The notes under the pieces were generated by a model. It was given only the letters and a program-made list of their open reading frames with translations, was not told where the DNA came from and ran no database searches. From an uncultured delta proteobacterium (GTDB lineage: Bacteria; Desulfobacterota; Desulfobacteria; Desulfobacterales; JAFDCJ01): DNA of 64,000 nt. The stretch is from contig CAVYNY010000013.1 in the NCBI GenBank assembly GCA_963769935.1, forward strand, positions 96,001-160,000, given 5' to 3'. The position numbers and the translations under genes were made by a program. Position 1 is the first letter of the stretch. Each line of letters begins with the position of its first letter. Below are positions 1 through 10,521 of this stretch, piece by piece.

Positions 1-64
1 ATTTCGGATCTATCACTCAGAAGAAGTTAATCCAATAAATGAGGGATTTATCCTCAGGTGAAAA

Positions 65-1072
65 ATGCCTGCAGGATTGGAGGCAACATGCAAATCAAAG
101 ACAAACCAGCTGCTTTATCTTTCCCAGGCTGATGTCGCAAATGTCGGTGTGACCATGGCCGAAATTATCGAATCCATGCAGGTCATGTTTCACGCCAAAG
201 GAGAGGGCCGCACCGAGATGCCCCCCAAACCGGGCATTCACCCCGGCGGCGGCGACAGTTTCCTGCACGCCATGCCGGCCTGCATCCCGGATCTCAAATC
301 CGCGGGTATCAAATGGGTCAGTGCTTTTCCGGAAAACCCCGCCAAGGGCCTGCCGTATATATCCGGCCTGGTAATCTTCAACGATTTTGAAACAGGCCTG
401 CCCCTGGCGGTGATGGACTGCGTGTGGATCACCGCCAAAAGAACGGGAGCCGCCAGCGCGATCTCCGCCCGCCATCTGGCGCGCCCGGAATCTTCCGTGA
501 TGGGAGTGTTGGGGTGCGGGGTTCAGGGACGCAGCCATGTGGAAGCCATGCAGGTACTGTTCCCCCTGAAAAAGGTCATGGTCTTCGACACGAAGCGGGA
601 TGTCCAGGCGCAGTTTGCCGCGGAAGTGGGACGCAATTTCGAGCTGGAGGTTGTGCCGGTAAAAGATCCGCAGGAAGCCGTCAGCGGCTGTGATATCGTG
701 GTTACGGCCGGGCCCATGAAGAAAAAGCCCCACGGCACGATTCAGGCCGGCTGGCTGGATGCAGGCGCCTTCGCATCGCTGGTGGATTATGACTCCTACT
801 GGCAGCCGGCGGCCATGCACGAGGCCGACAAATTTTGCACCGACGACCGGGCCCAGTTTCAGGCGACGCGGCAGGGAGGCTATTTCCCGGATATTCCGGA
901 AATTCACGCCGACTTGGGCGAGCTGGCCACCGGCCGGAAGCCGGGGCGCGAGACGCCCGCAGAACGCACCATGACCGCCAACCTGGGGCTGGCGTTGAAT
1001 GACATGGCGGTCGCGCCGTTGATTTACCGGAAAGCGAAGGAAAAAGGTATTGGGACGTGGCTGTCTCTCTAG
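65..1072 (+). CDS. Ornithine cyclodeaminase / mu-crystallin family protein
   Basis: GIKWVS..PEN motif, ITAKRTGA, Rossmann GCGVQG, C-terminal GLALNDMAVA. Confidence 0.9.
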   Translation: MPAGLEATCKSKTNQLLYLSQADVANVGVTMAEIIESMQVMFHAKGEGRTEMPPKPGIHPGGGDSFLHAMPACIPDLKSAGIKWVSAFPENPAKGLPYISGLVIFNDFETGLPLAVMDCVWITAKRTGAASAISARHLARPESSVMGVLGCGVQGRSHVEAMQVLFPLKKVMVFDTKRDVQAQFAAEVGRNFELEVVPVKDPQEAVSGCDIVVTAGPMKKKPHGTIQAGWLDAGAFASLVDYDSYWQPAAMHEADKFCTDDRAQFQATRQGGYFPDIPEIHADLGELATGRKPGRETPAERTMTANLGLALNDMAVAPLIYRKAKEKGIGTWLSL

Positions 1073-1176
1073 TTTTGCGTCCCGGAAATCCGTTAAAAAA
1101 ATATGTTTCGAATTTCGATATACGTGCTTTGGATTTAGTTCCCTTATTTTGAATTCATTATAGAAAGCTCACAAGC

Positions 1177-2352
1177 ATGATGAACAGCAAAGAATATGAT
1201 GTAATTATAATCGGCGGCGGCATCATGGGCAGTTCCACCGCCTATAATCTCATGAAAGCCGACAAAGCACTCAAAGTGGCCGTAATTGAACCGGACCCTT
1301 CGTACGCCCGGGCGTCTACCACCCTGTCCCTGAGCAATGTTCGCATTCAGTTCAGTCTCAAAGAAAATATCCAGATTTCCCGGTATACCATGGAGGTACT
1401 GGACCGATTCGCAGAGGAAATGACGGTAGAGGACCGCGTACCCAAAGTATACTTTCATCGTGAAGGCAATCTGTTCCTTGTCGATCGCGACAACCGGGCC
1501 GCTGCCGAACGGGCTTTTAATTTGCAAAAAGAGCTGGGCTGCCGGATCGAGTGGTGGCCGCCGGAAAAAATCAGGGAGCAATACCCGCTGTATGAGCCGG
1601 GCCAACTTGTCGGCGGCACATTCGGCCCCGACGACGGTCACATCGATGCCTATGCCATGCTGATGGCCTATAAGGCCAAGGCCAGGTCCTGGGCGGCGAA
1701 ATACATCAGCGATGAGGTTGCGCAAATTCGGACGGCCGGCGACAGGGTGACCGGAGTGGCGCTCGCGGACGGCCGGACCTTGAGCGCGGGGCATGTGATC
1801 GACTGCGCCGGTGCCTGGGCGGCCCGGATCGCGGAATCAGCCGGAGTAAAATTGCCCGTGGTTCCCATCAAACGTCAGGTATTTGCACTGGACACGGCCG
1901 TCAAGCCCGAGCGTCCCCTGCCGTTAACCGTGTTGCCGTCGGGAATGTACTTTCGATCCGAAACCGGAGGACTCATACTGCTTGGCAAATCAATGGATGA
2001 CGATGCGGCGGGGTTTAATTTTTCCTGGGATGAAAAACGCTTTCAGGAGATTTTGTGGCCCGAACTGGCGGAATTCGTCCCGGCCTTTGACAGGCTTAAA
2101 CTGGTCAGAGGCTGGGCCGGACTTTATGCCGTCAATACCCTGGACGGCAATGCCATTCTGGGAGAATGGCCGGAGCTCAACGGTTTTTATCTGGCCAACG
2201 GCTTTTCCGGGCACGGTCTGCAGCAGGCCCCGGCGGTGGGCCGCTATCTGGCCGAACTCATTCTGAAACAACCGTTGTCGCTGGATCTTGCAATATTCAG
2301 CCCGCAGCGGATTCTGGAAAACAAACCGTTGAGCGAAGGGGGGTTGGTTTGA
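1177..2352 (+). CDS. FAD-dependent oxidoreductase, DAO / sarcosine-oxidase-beta family
   Basis: N-terminal IIGGGIMG dinucleotide-binding motif, WAGLY, GFSGHGLQQAPAVG. Confidence 0.9.
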   Translation: MMNSKEYDVIIIGGGIMGSSTAYNLMKADKALKVAVIEPDPSYARASTTLSLSNVRIQFSLKENIQISRYTMEVLDRFAEEMTVEDRVPKVYFHREGNLFLVDRDNRAAAERAFNLQKELGCRIEWWPPEKIREQYPLYEPGQLVGGTFGPDDGHIDAYAMLMAYKAKARSWAAKYISDEVAQIRTAGDRVTGVALADGRTLSAGHVIDCAGAWAARIAESAGVKLPVVPIKRQVFALDTAVKPERPLPLTVLPSGMYFRSETGGLILLGKSMDDDAAGFNFSWDEKRFQEILWPELAEFVPAFDRLKLVRGWAGLYAVNTLDGNAILGEWPELNGFYLANGFSGHGLQQAPAVGRYLAELILKQPLSLDLAIFSPQRILENKPLSEGGLV

Positions 2353-2640
2353 AATTGGTTGGGTTAACGCTATAATCGCCTAAAATATTGCATTATATTG
2401 TTTTGACATCCGGGGTTGAGAGCTGTTATGGATACGCCAAAAATATTCCCCAAGTCCGGCAAATGATATAGCGACTGGGTTGACAATCTTGACGTAAAAT
2501 GATTATAAAGCCGATCTATCGCCTGATTTTATCAAAGCAGGCGAATGGGACCAAAACCACAAACTCCAGATAGAATTGCGTGATTGATTATTCGATTGTT
2601 TCGCTAATTGTAAATTTGGAGACCATCCGGGTCGATTGCT

Positions 2641-3415
2641 ATGGCTGAACTAATTCTGGAAAATGTGTCGAAGCGATTCGGCGGTTTGCTGGCGGTCAAC
2701 AAGCTGGACATGAAGGTGCCCGCAGGCACAATACTAAGCCTGATCGGTCCCAACGGCGCCGGCAAAACCACCGTGTTCAACATAATTACCGGCGTTTACC
2801 CCCCCACCGACGGCAAAATTTCCTACAGAGGTAAAACGCTGAACAACCTGAAGAGCCATCGTATCATTTCCCAGGGGATTGCCAGAACTTTTCAGAACAT
2901 CCGGCTGTTCAAATCCATGACAGTCCTTGAAAATGTTCAGGTCGGGAATGCACTGCCGCACCCGCAGCGGTGCAGCAAGGGCCCTGCTGAAAACGCGCAG
3001 TGAAAAGCGTGAGGAAAGGGAAATAACGGAAAAATCGCGGGAAATTTTGAACTTTTTCGGTTTGATCGGTCATCAAAACGACTACGCATCCAACCTGGCT
3101 TATGGTGAACAGCGGCGCCTGGAAATCGCCAGGGCCCTGGCCACACAGCCGGAATTACTGCTTTTGGATGAGCCGGCGGCCGGCATGAATCCCAAAGAGA
3201 CCGCTGAACTGATGGAGTTGATCCTCAAGCTGCGGGATACGGGTTTGACCATTTTTCTGGTGGAACATGACATGCGTCTGGTTATGGGGATTTCGGAAAT
3301 CGTAACCGTACTTGATTACGGCCAAAAAATCGCAGAGGGAACCCCCAAGGAAATCCAGCAGAACGAAAAAGTTATTGAAGCCTACCTGGGAACCGGCGCC
3401 AAAGCGCGGAATTAG
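2641..3415 (+). CDS. livG: Branched-chain amino acid ABC transporter ATPase (LivG-type), interrupted by a single +1 frameshift
   Basis: Walker A GPNGAGKT in ORF 2641-3003; LAYGEQRRLEIARALA and LLLDEP in ORF 2927-3415. Removing one base at 2944-2948 (gggaa) restores one 257-aa frame (...ENVQVGMHCRT...). Confidence 0.85.
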
Positions 3416-3720
3416 GCTTTGTCCGAAAGATCTTTTGGCTGATTTAGGTCAATAATATTACTAAGGCTTTTGTAAAATCCGGATATCGAAATCCGAAATC
3501 CGAAAAAATATTAAAATCCGAATATTTAAAATCCAAAACGAGGAAATTCTGGAACTCAAATAAACCGTTTTGGTCATTCAAATAAATTGATCATTGGCAT
3601 TTGTTTCGAATTTCGGTATTCGATTTTCGGATTTTTTCCGCTGTACCAGGAAATAAAAAATATCCTGGGTATTTAATCAAGCTGTTAAAAGGGACAACAT
3701 TTAAAAAAGGAGGTAGCATC

Positions 3721-4845
3721 ATGAAAAAGGGTGGAATTCTCGTTCTGTGTTTAGCCTTGGTTCTGGGTTTTCAGAGTATGGTTCTGGCCAAGACTTTGAA
3801 AATCGGTACCTTGAGCCCCCTGACCGGGCCCTACGCCCAAGACGGCACGGACATTCTGCAGGGTGTCAAAACGGCAGTAGCCGTCTTCGGACCGGTTAAG
3901 GGCTACGATAAAGTCGAAGTCCTCCCCGGCGACAGCGCCTGTGACGGCGGCAAAGCCACCATGGCCGCCAATAAGCTGATCAACAGCGGCGTGGACGTTG
4001 TCATCGGTGCCTACTGTTCCTCGGCCACCGAACCGGCGCAGATACCGCTGATGGATGCCAAGATTGTTATGATTACCCCGGCTTCGACCAACGAACGTTT
4101 GACGGCCAAAGGCGACAAGTATTTCTTCCGGATGCCGCCCAGAGACGACGTCCAGGCCTGGTCGACGGTTCAGTTTATCGAGAAAAAGCTGAAAGCCAAA
4201 ACCCTGGCGCTGATCGATGACAAACAGACCTACACCGCCGGCCTGACCGCCAATATCACCAAATTCGCCAAAGAGGGCAACAAGATAAAAATCGTGGCCC
4301 ATGAGTACATCACCCCCGGCGACAGCGACTTTACCGCAGTCCTGACCAAATTGAAGCGGATCAATCCCGACGTCATCTACATGGGTGTCTATCAGCCCGA
4401 AGGCTCCAAAATGATCCAGCAGGCCCGCAAGCTGGGCATGAACAACATCTTCATCTCTGAGGATGCTGTTTATCATCCGAAGTTTTTGGAAGTGGGCGGT
4501 CCGGCGGCCGAAGGCGTTTACCTGACCTTTGCCAAAACCCCTGAAACCCCCGCAAAAGAGCAATTTATCAAGACCTACAAAGCCATGTGGAATGTCGACG
4601 CCGTCGGCACCTACGCTTACTTTGCGTATGACGCGGGCATGATGGCCCTGGCGGCCATTCAAAAAGCCGGGACCACCAACGGGGATGCGCTGCAAAAAAC
4701 CATCCGCGGCAACACCTGGCCGGGTGTAACCGGGGAAATCAAGTTTGATGCCAATGGCGACCGCAAACTGGCCCATATCATCTGGGTCGTCAAGGACAAT
4801 AAGTTTGTACCCTACTGGGATCCGCTGACCGGCAAGGACCTGTAA
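3721..4845 (+). CDS. livK: Branched-chain amino acid ABC transporter substrate-binding protein (LivK/LivJ-like)
   Basis: AGGAGG RBS before ATG 3721; signal peptide; PLTGPYA, GAYCSS, GVTGEIKFDANGD. Confidence 0.9.
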   Translation: MKKGGILVLCLALVLGFQSMVLAKTLKIGTLSPLTGPYAQDGTDILQGVKTAVAVFGPVKGYDKVEVLPGDSACDGGKATMAANKLINSGVDVVIGAYCSSATEPAQIPLMDAKIVMITPASTNERLTAKGDKYFFRMPPRDDVQAWSTVQFIEKKLKAKTLALIDDKQTYTAGLTANITKFAKEGNKIKIVAHEYITPGDSDFTAVLTKLKRINPDVIYMGVYQPEGSKMIQQARKLGMNNIFISEDAVYHPKFLEVGGPAAEGVYLTFAKTPETPAKEQFIKTYKAMWNVDAVGTYAYFAYDAGMMALAAIQKAGTTNGDALQKTIRGNTWPGVTGEIKFDANGDRKLAHIIWVVKDNKFVPYWDPLTGKDL

Positions 4846-4856
4846 TCTGTAAACCA

Positions 4857-4881
4857 GACCGGGTGCCGTTGGTGCCCGGTC
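4857..4881 (+). terminator. Stem-loop after livK (terminator or mRNA-stabilising hairpin)
   Basis: gaccgggtgcc-gtt-ggtgcccggtc inverted repeat 11 nt after the stop; weak U-tract. Confidence 0.5.
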
Positions 4882-5369
4882 CGTCTTTATAGGGTAGCGG
4901 ATAGAAGACAGATTGAACGTCGAACATCGAACGCTCAATATTAATGGCGCTGCTCTTTATTTATACTTAAAAAAGCCAACCGCAAAATTTCAAATGATCG
5001 GTTAGCTCGCGCAACGCACTCGCCGCCTGTTGCTAAGTTTTTTTTTAATTGGCAGAATACCATATTCGATGTTGGACGTTTCACGCCTTGGCGTGATTCA
5101 GTGTTCGACCTGCCCGCAATGCCTTGAAAGCGGTGTGTGTCCAAATGGAACTTTTGATTTATATATCCTTGCTTACGCCAACCCAACGACCTATGCATGG
5201 CAGGCGGGCGTTCATTAGTTTTTTTTTCGATCAAACTGGTCACCCTAAAATATAAAATTCGGCGGCCAGCGGTTGGGCTGACTTCTGTCATTTGACATCT
5301 GTCTTCTGCCATCTGACTTCTGTGTTCAGACATCTGACTTCTGTAATCTAGGGAAGGATTTCAAACCCA

Positions 5370-6290
5370 ATGGATCTGTCCTCTTTTTTACTTCAGCAAA
5401 TCATCAATGCCGTTTTTCTCGGCAGCATATACGCCCTGATTGCCCTTGGCTACACCATGGTGTACGGCATCATTGAACTGATCAATTTTGCCCACGGTGA
5501 ATTATTTACGGCCGGAGCCTTTATCGGGGTCATCGTCCTGACGGCCCTGCAGCAGATCGGATTTGTGGACTCCCATTTCGTCCTCACCTTGATTATCGTG
5601 TTTGCCCTGGCAATGGCTTATGTGGCGGTTTTGGGTGTGGCCCTGGAACATGTCGCCTATAAGCCTTTGCGCGCATCCTCCCGGCTGTCGGCGCTTTTAA
5701 GTGCGCTGGGCATGTCAATTTTCCTGTCCAACGGCATGATGCTCAGCCAGGGAGTTTCCGATCGCGCTTATCCCCAGGTTTTCGGCCTCGAAGGCATCGA
5801 GATTATGGGCGCCAGAATCACGAACGGCCAGGTTTTCATAATTTTGCTGGCTGTCGCCCTGATGGTCGGATTGCAGCTGTTCGTTCACCGCACGCGGCTG
5901 GGCAAGGCCATGCGGGCGACCGCCCAGAACAAAACCATGGCCCGCATCCTGGGGATCGACATCGATCAAACCATTCGGATAACCTTTATGATCGGTCCGG
6001 CCCTGGGCGCTGCCGCGGGCGTGATGGTGGGCCTCTATTACGGCGCGGTCCGATTCGACATGGGGTTTATTTTCATGATCAAGGCTTTTGCGGCAGCCAT
6101 ATTGGGAGGCATCGGTTCGATTCCCGGCGCGATGGTAGGCGGGTTGATTATCGGCACCATTGAAGTGATGTGGGCCGCTTTCCTGCCCAGTGCCTGGAAG
6201 GATGTGACGACATTCACGGTGCTGATTTTGGTTCTTTACTTCAGACCCGCCGGTCTCCTGGGTGAAAGCTCCACGGAGGTGCGCGTCTAA
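5370..6290 (+). CDS. livH: Branched-chain amino acid ABC transporter permease LivH
   Basis: YALIALGYTMVYGIIELINFAHGE, GKAMRATAQN, AAILGGIGS. Confidence 0.93.
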   Translation: MDLSSFLLQQIINAVFLGSIYALIALGYTMVYGIIELINFAHGELFTAGAFIGVIVLTALQQIGFVDSHFVLTLIIVFALAMAYVAVLGVALEHVAYKPLRASSRLSALLSALGMSIFLSNGMMLSQGVSDRAYPQVFGLEGIEIMGARITNGQVFIILLAVALMVGLQLFVHRTRLGKAMRATAQNKTMARILGIDIDQTIRITFMIGPALGAAAGVMVGLYYGAVRFDMGFIFMIKAFAAAILGGIGSIPGAMVGGLIIGTIEVMWAAFLPSAWKDVTTFTVLILVLYFRPAGLLGESSTEVRV

Positions 6291-7516
6291 TGATACGGCA
6301 AGAACTCAAAAAACTCGTTGTCTACGGTATCTTCCTGGCCATCCTGATCATTCCGATGCTCGGATTCAAAAGCCCGACGTTTGAACCCGGCCGGGCTTTT
6401 AAGACGCTGGGTGTTTTTATGGCGGTCCTCGTTTTAAACTTTGGCGTTAAAATATTCCGCGGCCGGCAAAAAGATCAGGCCGAACGAAAAACGCCTCTGA
6501 CCGAGCGTATCGGTGAACAAATCAATCGCTTCCCCCGAATCTACACGCTGGGCGGGCTGCTGGCGGCGGCCGCAATTTTCCCGCTGTTTGCCGACAACTA
6601 TATGATCGATGTCGGTATTACCTGCCTGATCTATGTCTGCCTGGGTCTGGGATTGAACATCGTGGTCGGCCTGTGCGGATTGCTGGATCTTGGTTATATC
6701 GCCTTTTACGCTGTCGGGGCTTACACCTATTCGCTGCTGAACCTTACCTACGGGGTGTCATTCTGGGCGGCATTGCCCATCGGTGTTGTTCTGGGCATGG
6801 TGGTCGGCTGCATCATCGGCTATCCGACATTGAAGATGCGCGGCGACTATCTGGCCATCGTCACCATGGGCTTCGGTGAGATTGTGCGCCTGGTGCTCAA
6901 CAACTGGGATTCCCTGACCGCCGGACCCAACGGCCTCTTCGGCATGAAGCGGCCCGCTTTGTATTATCCCAGCTTTGCGGATGACGGATTCGCCTGGGCG
7001 GCCTATTATCTTAAATCCTTGCCGGCCCTGTATTATCTTATCCTGGCAATCGCAATCCTGACCATTATCGCCGTCCGGCGCCTGGACCATTCGCGCGTCG
7101 GCCGGGCCTGGATCGCGATTCGCGAGGATGAAGTGGCGGCGGAACTTTCCGGTGTGCCGACCACCTGGATCAAATTGCTGGCATATGCCCTGGGCGCTGC
7201 ATTTGCCTCGGTGGCGGGGGCCTTTTTCGCCGCCAAGTTGAGCTACACCAACCCCAACTTCTTTATATTCATGGAATCCTGCATCGTGCTGAGCATCGTG
7301 GTACTGGGGGGAATCGGCAGCATTCCGGGCGTTATTGTCGCCGCCTTCATTCTGATCGCCGCCCCTGAAATTTTCCGGGGCCTGCAAAATTATCGCATGC
7401 TGGCCTTCGGCGGCATCATGGCCGCCATGATGGTCCTCAAGCCTGAAGGATTAATTCCGGCGTCGCGCCGCCAGCGTGAATTGCACGAAGGCAACGAGCC
7501 TAAACCCAAGGACTGA
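6290..7516 (+). CDS. livM: Branched-chain amino acid ABC transporter permease LivM
   Basis: GLNIVVGLCGLLDLGY, RGDYLAIVTMGFGEI, GRAWIAIREDE; TAATG overlap with livH. Confidence 0.93.
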   Translation: MIRQELKKLVVYGIFLAILIIPMLGFKSPTFEPGRAFKTLGVFMAVLVLNFGVKIFRGRQKDQAERKTPLTERIGEQINRFPRIYTLGGLLAAAAIFPLFADNYMIDVGITCLIYVCLGLGLNIVVGLCGLLDLGYIAFYAVGAYTYSLLNLTYGVSFWAALPIGVVLGMVVGCIIGYPTLKMRGDYLAIVTMGFGEIVRLVLNNWDSLTAGPNGLFGMKRPALYYPSFADDGFAWAAYYLKSLPALYYLILAIAILTIIAVRRLDHSRVGRAWIAIREDEVAAELSGVPTTWIKLLAYALGAAFASVAGAFFAAKLSYTNPNFFIFMESCIVLSIVVLGGIGSIPGVIVAAFILIAAPEIFRGLQNYRMLAFGGIMAAMMVLKPEGLIPASRRQRELHEGNEPKPKD

Positions 7517-7520
7517 CACG

Positions 7521-8243
<723 letters not shown>

Positions 8244-8428
8244 GTTAAAGTGGGATGTGGGAATGCGGAAGGTAAGAAGGTGGGAAGGTAAGAGGGTAAG
8301 AGGGTGAGAATTTGGGAAGTTGGGAAGATTAATTCCGATATAGCCTAATCAACTCAATCAATTCAGTCAACCTAATCAACCCAATAAACATAATCAACTT
8401 AATCAACGAACTTATCGGAGGTAGTTCC

Positions 8429-8635
8429 GTGAAACAGCAGTCCCGCTGGGAAAAATGCCGGATTAAATGTCCGGAAGATAAAGTCGACGCCGAGCTTCTA
8501 GTCGAATGGCGCGAAAAGGACGGCAAATTCGTTCCAAACAGCATCAGCTGCAACAACTCCAAATTGATGGATCTCAAACCCGTCGATTGTCAGTGGTCCT
8601 GCTGGGAGGAAGTCGAAAAAGGCAGGAAAATTTGA
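8429..8635 (+). CDS. Small 68-aa Cys-rich hypothetical protein
   Basis: GGAGG RBS before GTG; five Cys (CxxxC ... C ... CxxxC); only ORF with an RBS in the gap. Confidence 0.65.
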   Translation: MKQQSRWEKCRIKCPEDKVDAELLVEWREKDGKFVPNSISCNNSKLMDLKPVDCQWSCWEEVEKGRKI

Positions 8636-8808
8636 AGCTATATTTGGCTGTTCAAATTACTCAACTTTGAAACCGGCTTTCCAATTACCGGAATTTTTCT
8701 TTAAGCGCATGCAGCTATAATAAATTTTAAAAAAATAATGCGCCGCATAAAATAATTAATCCGCCACCACTGTTCATCGAAAATTCTTCAGTTTTCATAG
8801 AATAATGT

Positions 8809-8840
8809 CCGCCCTTGGATAATGTGCTTTCCAAGGGCGG
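8809..8840 (-). terminator. Hairpin downstream of msrAB
   Basis: ccgcccttgga-N10-tccaagggcgg perfect 11-bp stem just after the msrAB stop. Confidence 0.6.
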
Positions 8841-8845
8841 ATTAA

Positions 8846-10003
8846 TTAATTGGAAGAGCTTTGCATATTGCTCGTAAAGAGCTTCGCATATTGCTCGTAA
8901 CCCTCTTCTTTTAATTTATCCTGCGGAATAAATCGCAGGGCCGCTGAGTTGAGGCAGTAACGCAAACCCGTGGGCGGCGGCCCGTCCGGAAATACATGGC
9001 CCAGGTGGGAATCGGCGTGTTTGCTCCTGACTTCGGTACGGACCATAAACAGGCTGCGGTCCTGATGCTCTACGATATTGCCGGGCTCCAGGGGTTTGGT
9101 GAAGCTGGGCCACCCGGTGCCGGAGTCGAATTTATCCGTGGAGCTGAACAACGGTTCACCGGAGACGATGTCGACGTAAATTCCCGGTTTATGGTTATCC
9201 CAGTACTCGTTGCGAAACGGCGGCTCGGTGCCTTCCTGCTGGGTAACATTATACTGCATGGGGGTCAATTTTTGCTTTAAAACGGCATCGTCCGGTTTCG
9301 TATAGCCGGTTCCGGCGGTAGCGGAAGTATTCTGCATCTTTTTGGGGGCAGCTGTTTCTTCTTTGCCCCAGACCTGCGCCAGGAATTGGTCGCGGCCGGA
9401 GCCATAACGGTAATACTTATAACGTAAGGGGTTTTTCTTGTAGTAATCCTGATGATACTCCTCGGCCGGATAAAACGGCCCCAGCTTGACGATTTCGGTG
9501 ACAATGGGTTTGTCGAACCGCCCGGACTGCGCCAGCTTGGCCTTGGATTCTTCGGCCAGACGTCGCTGTTCATCGTCCTGGTAGAAAATGGCGCTGCGGT
9601 ACTGGGTACCGCGGTCCACAAACTGTCCGCCCGCATCGGTCGGATCAATGTGTCGCCAGAAAACATCCAGCAGCTGCTCGTAAGAAACCTTGGCCGGATC
9701 ATATATCACCTGGATGGATTCCGCATGCCCCGTAACGCCGGAGCTCACTTCCTCGTAAGTCGGGTTCTCTGTATGTCCGCCGGTATATCCGGATATAACT
9801 TCCACCACTCCGTCCACTTTTTCAAAATCCGATTCCGTGCACCAGAAACATCCGCCGGCAAAGGTGGCTCGTTTCAAATTTTTATCGTCGTATTGTTTTT
9901 TCATATTGGCAGTTGCATCCTGCTTTTGACTTTTTGCTTGTTGAATGCCTATCAGCACCAATCCCAAAAGAATGATGATGCCGACCCGGATTGTAGTTTT
10001 CAT
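8846..10003 (-). CDS. msrAB: Bifunctional peptide methionine sulfoxide reductase MsrAB with N-terminal signal/anchor (exported)
   Basis: AGGAGG RBS before ATG at 10003; hydrophobic N-terminus; MsrA motifs [20 protein letters not shown]; MsrB motifs GTGWPSF, HLGHVF, RYCLNS. Confidence 0.95.
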   Translation of the reverse strand: MKTTIRVGIIILLGLVLIGIQQAKSQKQDATANMKKQYDDKNLKRATFAGGCFWCTESDFEKVDGVVEVISGYTGGHTENPTYEEVSSGVTGHAESIQVIYDPAKVSYEQLLDVFWRHIDPTDAGGQFVDRGTQYRSAIFYQDDEQRRLAEESKAKLAQSGRFDKPIVTEIVKLGPFYPAEEYHQDYYKKNPLRYKYYRYGSGRDQFLAQVWGKEETAAPKKMQNTSATAGTGYTKPDDAVLKQKLTPMQYNVTQQEGTEPPFRNEYWDNHKPGIYVDIVSGEPLFSSTDKFDSGTGWPSFTKPLEPGNIVEHQDRSLFMVRTEVRSKHADSHLGHVFPDGPPPTGLRYCLNSAALRFIPQDKLKEEGYEQYAKLFTSNMQSSSN

Positions 10004-10079
10004 GTTAATCCTCCTGTTGCTCTCAATTAAACTGAGCAATGCTTTAAAAATAATAAGCAGCCGTTGCCGTCAATTCAAG

Positions 10080-10379
10080 CTACCTTGCGGTTCCGATATA
10101 GGTCCCCGCTTTTTTCAGAATATGCTCCATCTCAGCAATGGTGACCCGCGACGGATCATAATAAACTGTGTTTATCTCTTTGAATTTCTGAAACCCTTTT
10201 TCGATCTTTTTTACTCCCGGCAGCCCATCCAGGGCTGCTTGGCCCACATCATATCACTGGACATAAAACACGGTTTTGGCTAATGCGGGATCCTCGGCAT
10301 GTGCGCTGGCGTAACTGCCGAGGATTAAAAGCGTAAAAAAGGCCAACCTGAGGCCAAATTTTCGATTGTGTTTTGGCAT
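10080..10379 (-). CDS. Putative exported 99-aa selenoprotein (Sec42), MsrA-core / HMA-like fold; absent from the ORF track
   Basis: Hand translation: MPKHNRKFGLRLAFFTLLILGSYASAHAEDPALAKTVFYVQ-U-YDVGQAALDGLPGVKKIEKGFQKFKEINTVYYDPSRVTIAEMEHILKKAGTYIGTAR. In-frame TGA at 10256-10254, TAG at 10082-10080; signal peptide ending AHA; hairpin 15 nt after the UGA. Confidence 0.82.
10220..10238 (-). promoter_or_regulatory. SECIS-like hairpin of the 10080-10379 gene
   Basis: mRNA GCAGCCC-UGGAU-GGGCUGC: perfect 7-bp stem with a G-containing loop, starting 15 nt after the UGA. Confidence 0.75.
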
Positions 10380-10469
10380 GGTTTTATCCCTTCGATGGTT
10401 GTTATGCCGGACTGATTATATCGCTATTTTTGGTTCTGTCTTGTTTGATCTGTAATTTAATCAGTCAGC

Positions 10470-10508
10470 TTCACGGGATCATCACGAAATTATAACATTT
10501 CTGTCACA
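10470..10508 (-). promoter_or_regulatory. Four tandem OmpR/PhoB-type direct-repeat boxes with 11-bp period
   Basis: + strand cores TCACG (10471), TCACG (10482), TAACA (10493), TCACA (10504); about 90-130 bp upstream of ATG 10379. Confidence 0.65.
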
Positions 10509-10521
10509 AAATTTGCGGAGT

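Noticed and set aside
4941..5333. 130-aa minus-strand ORF and overlapping 62-aa ORF between livK and livH
   Set aside because: Translations derive from heptamer repeats (SEHRSQMAEDRCQM); no RBS or domain.
10254..10256. Alternative genetic code (UGA = Trp or Gly) explaining the in-frame TGAs
   Set aside because: Many genes here end normally at TGA and Trp is encoded by TGG; the internal TGAs align with Cys positions and have 3' hairpins.
9945..10283. 112-aa plus-strand ORF in the track
   Set aside because: Antisense shadow of the msrAB start and the minus-strand selenoprotein; no RBS or motifs.
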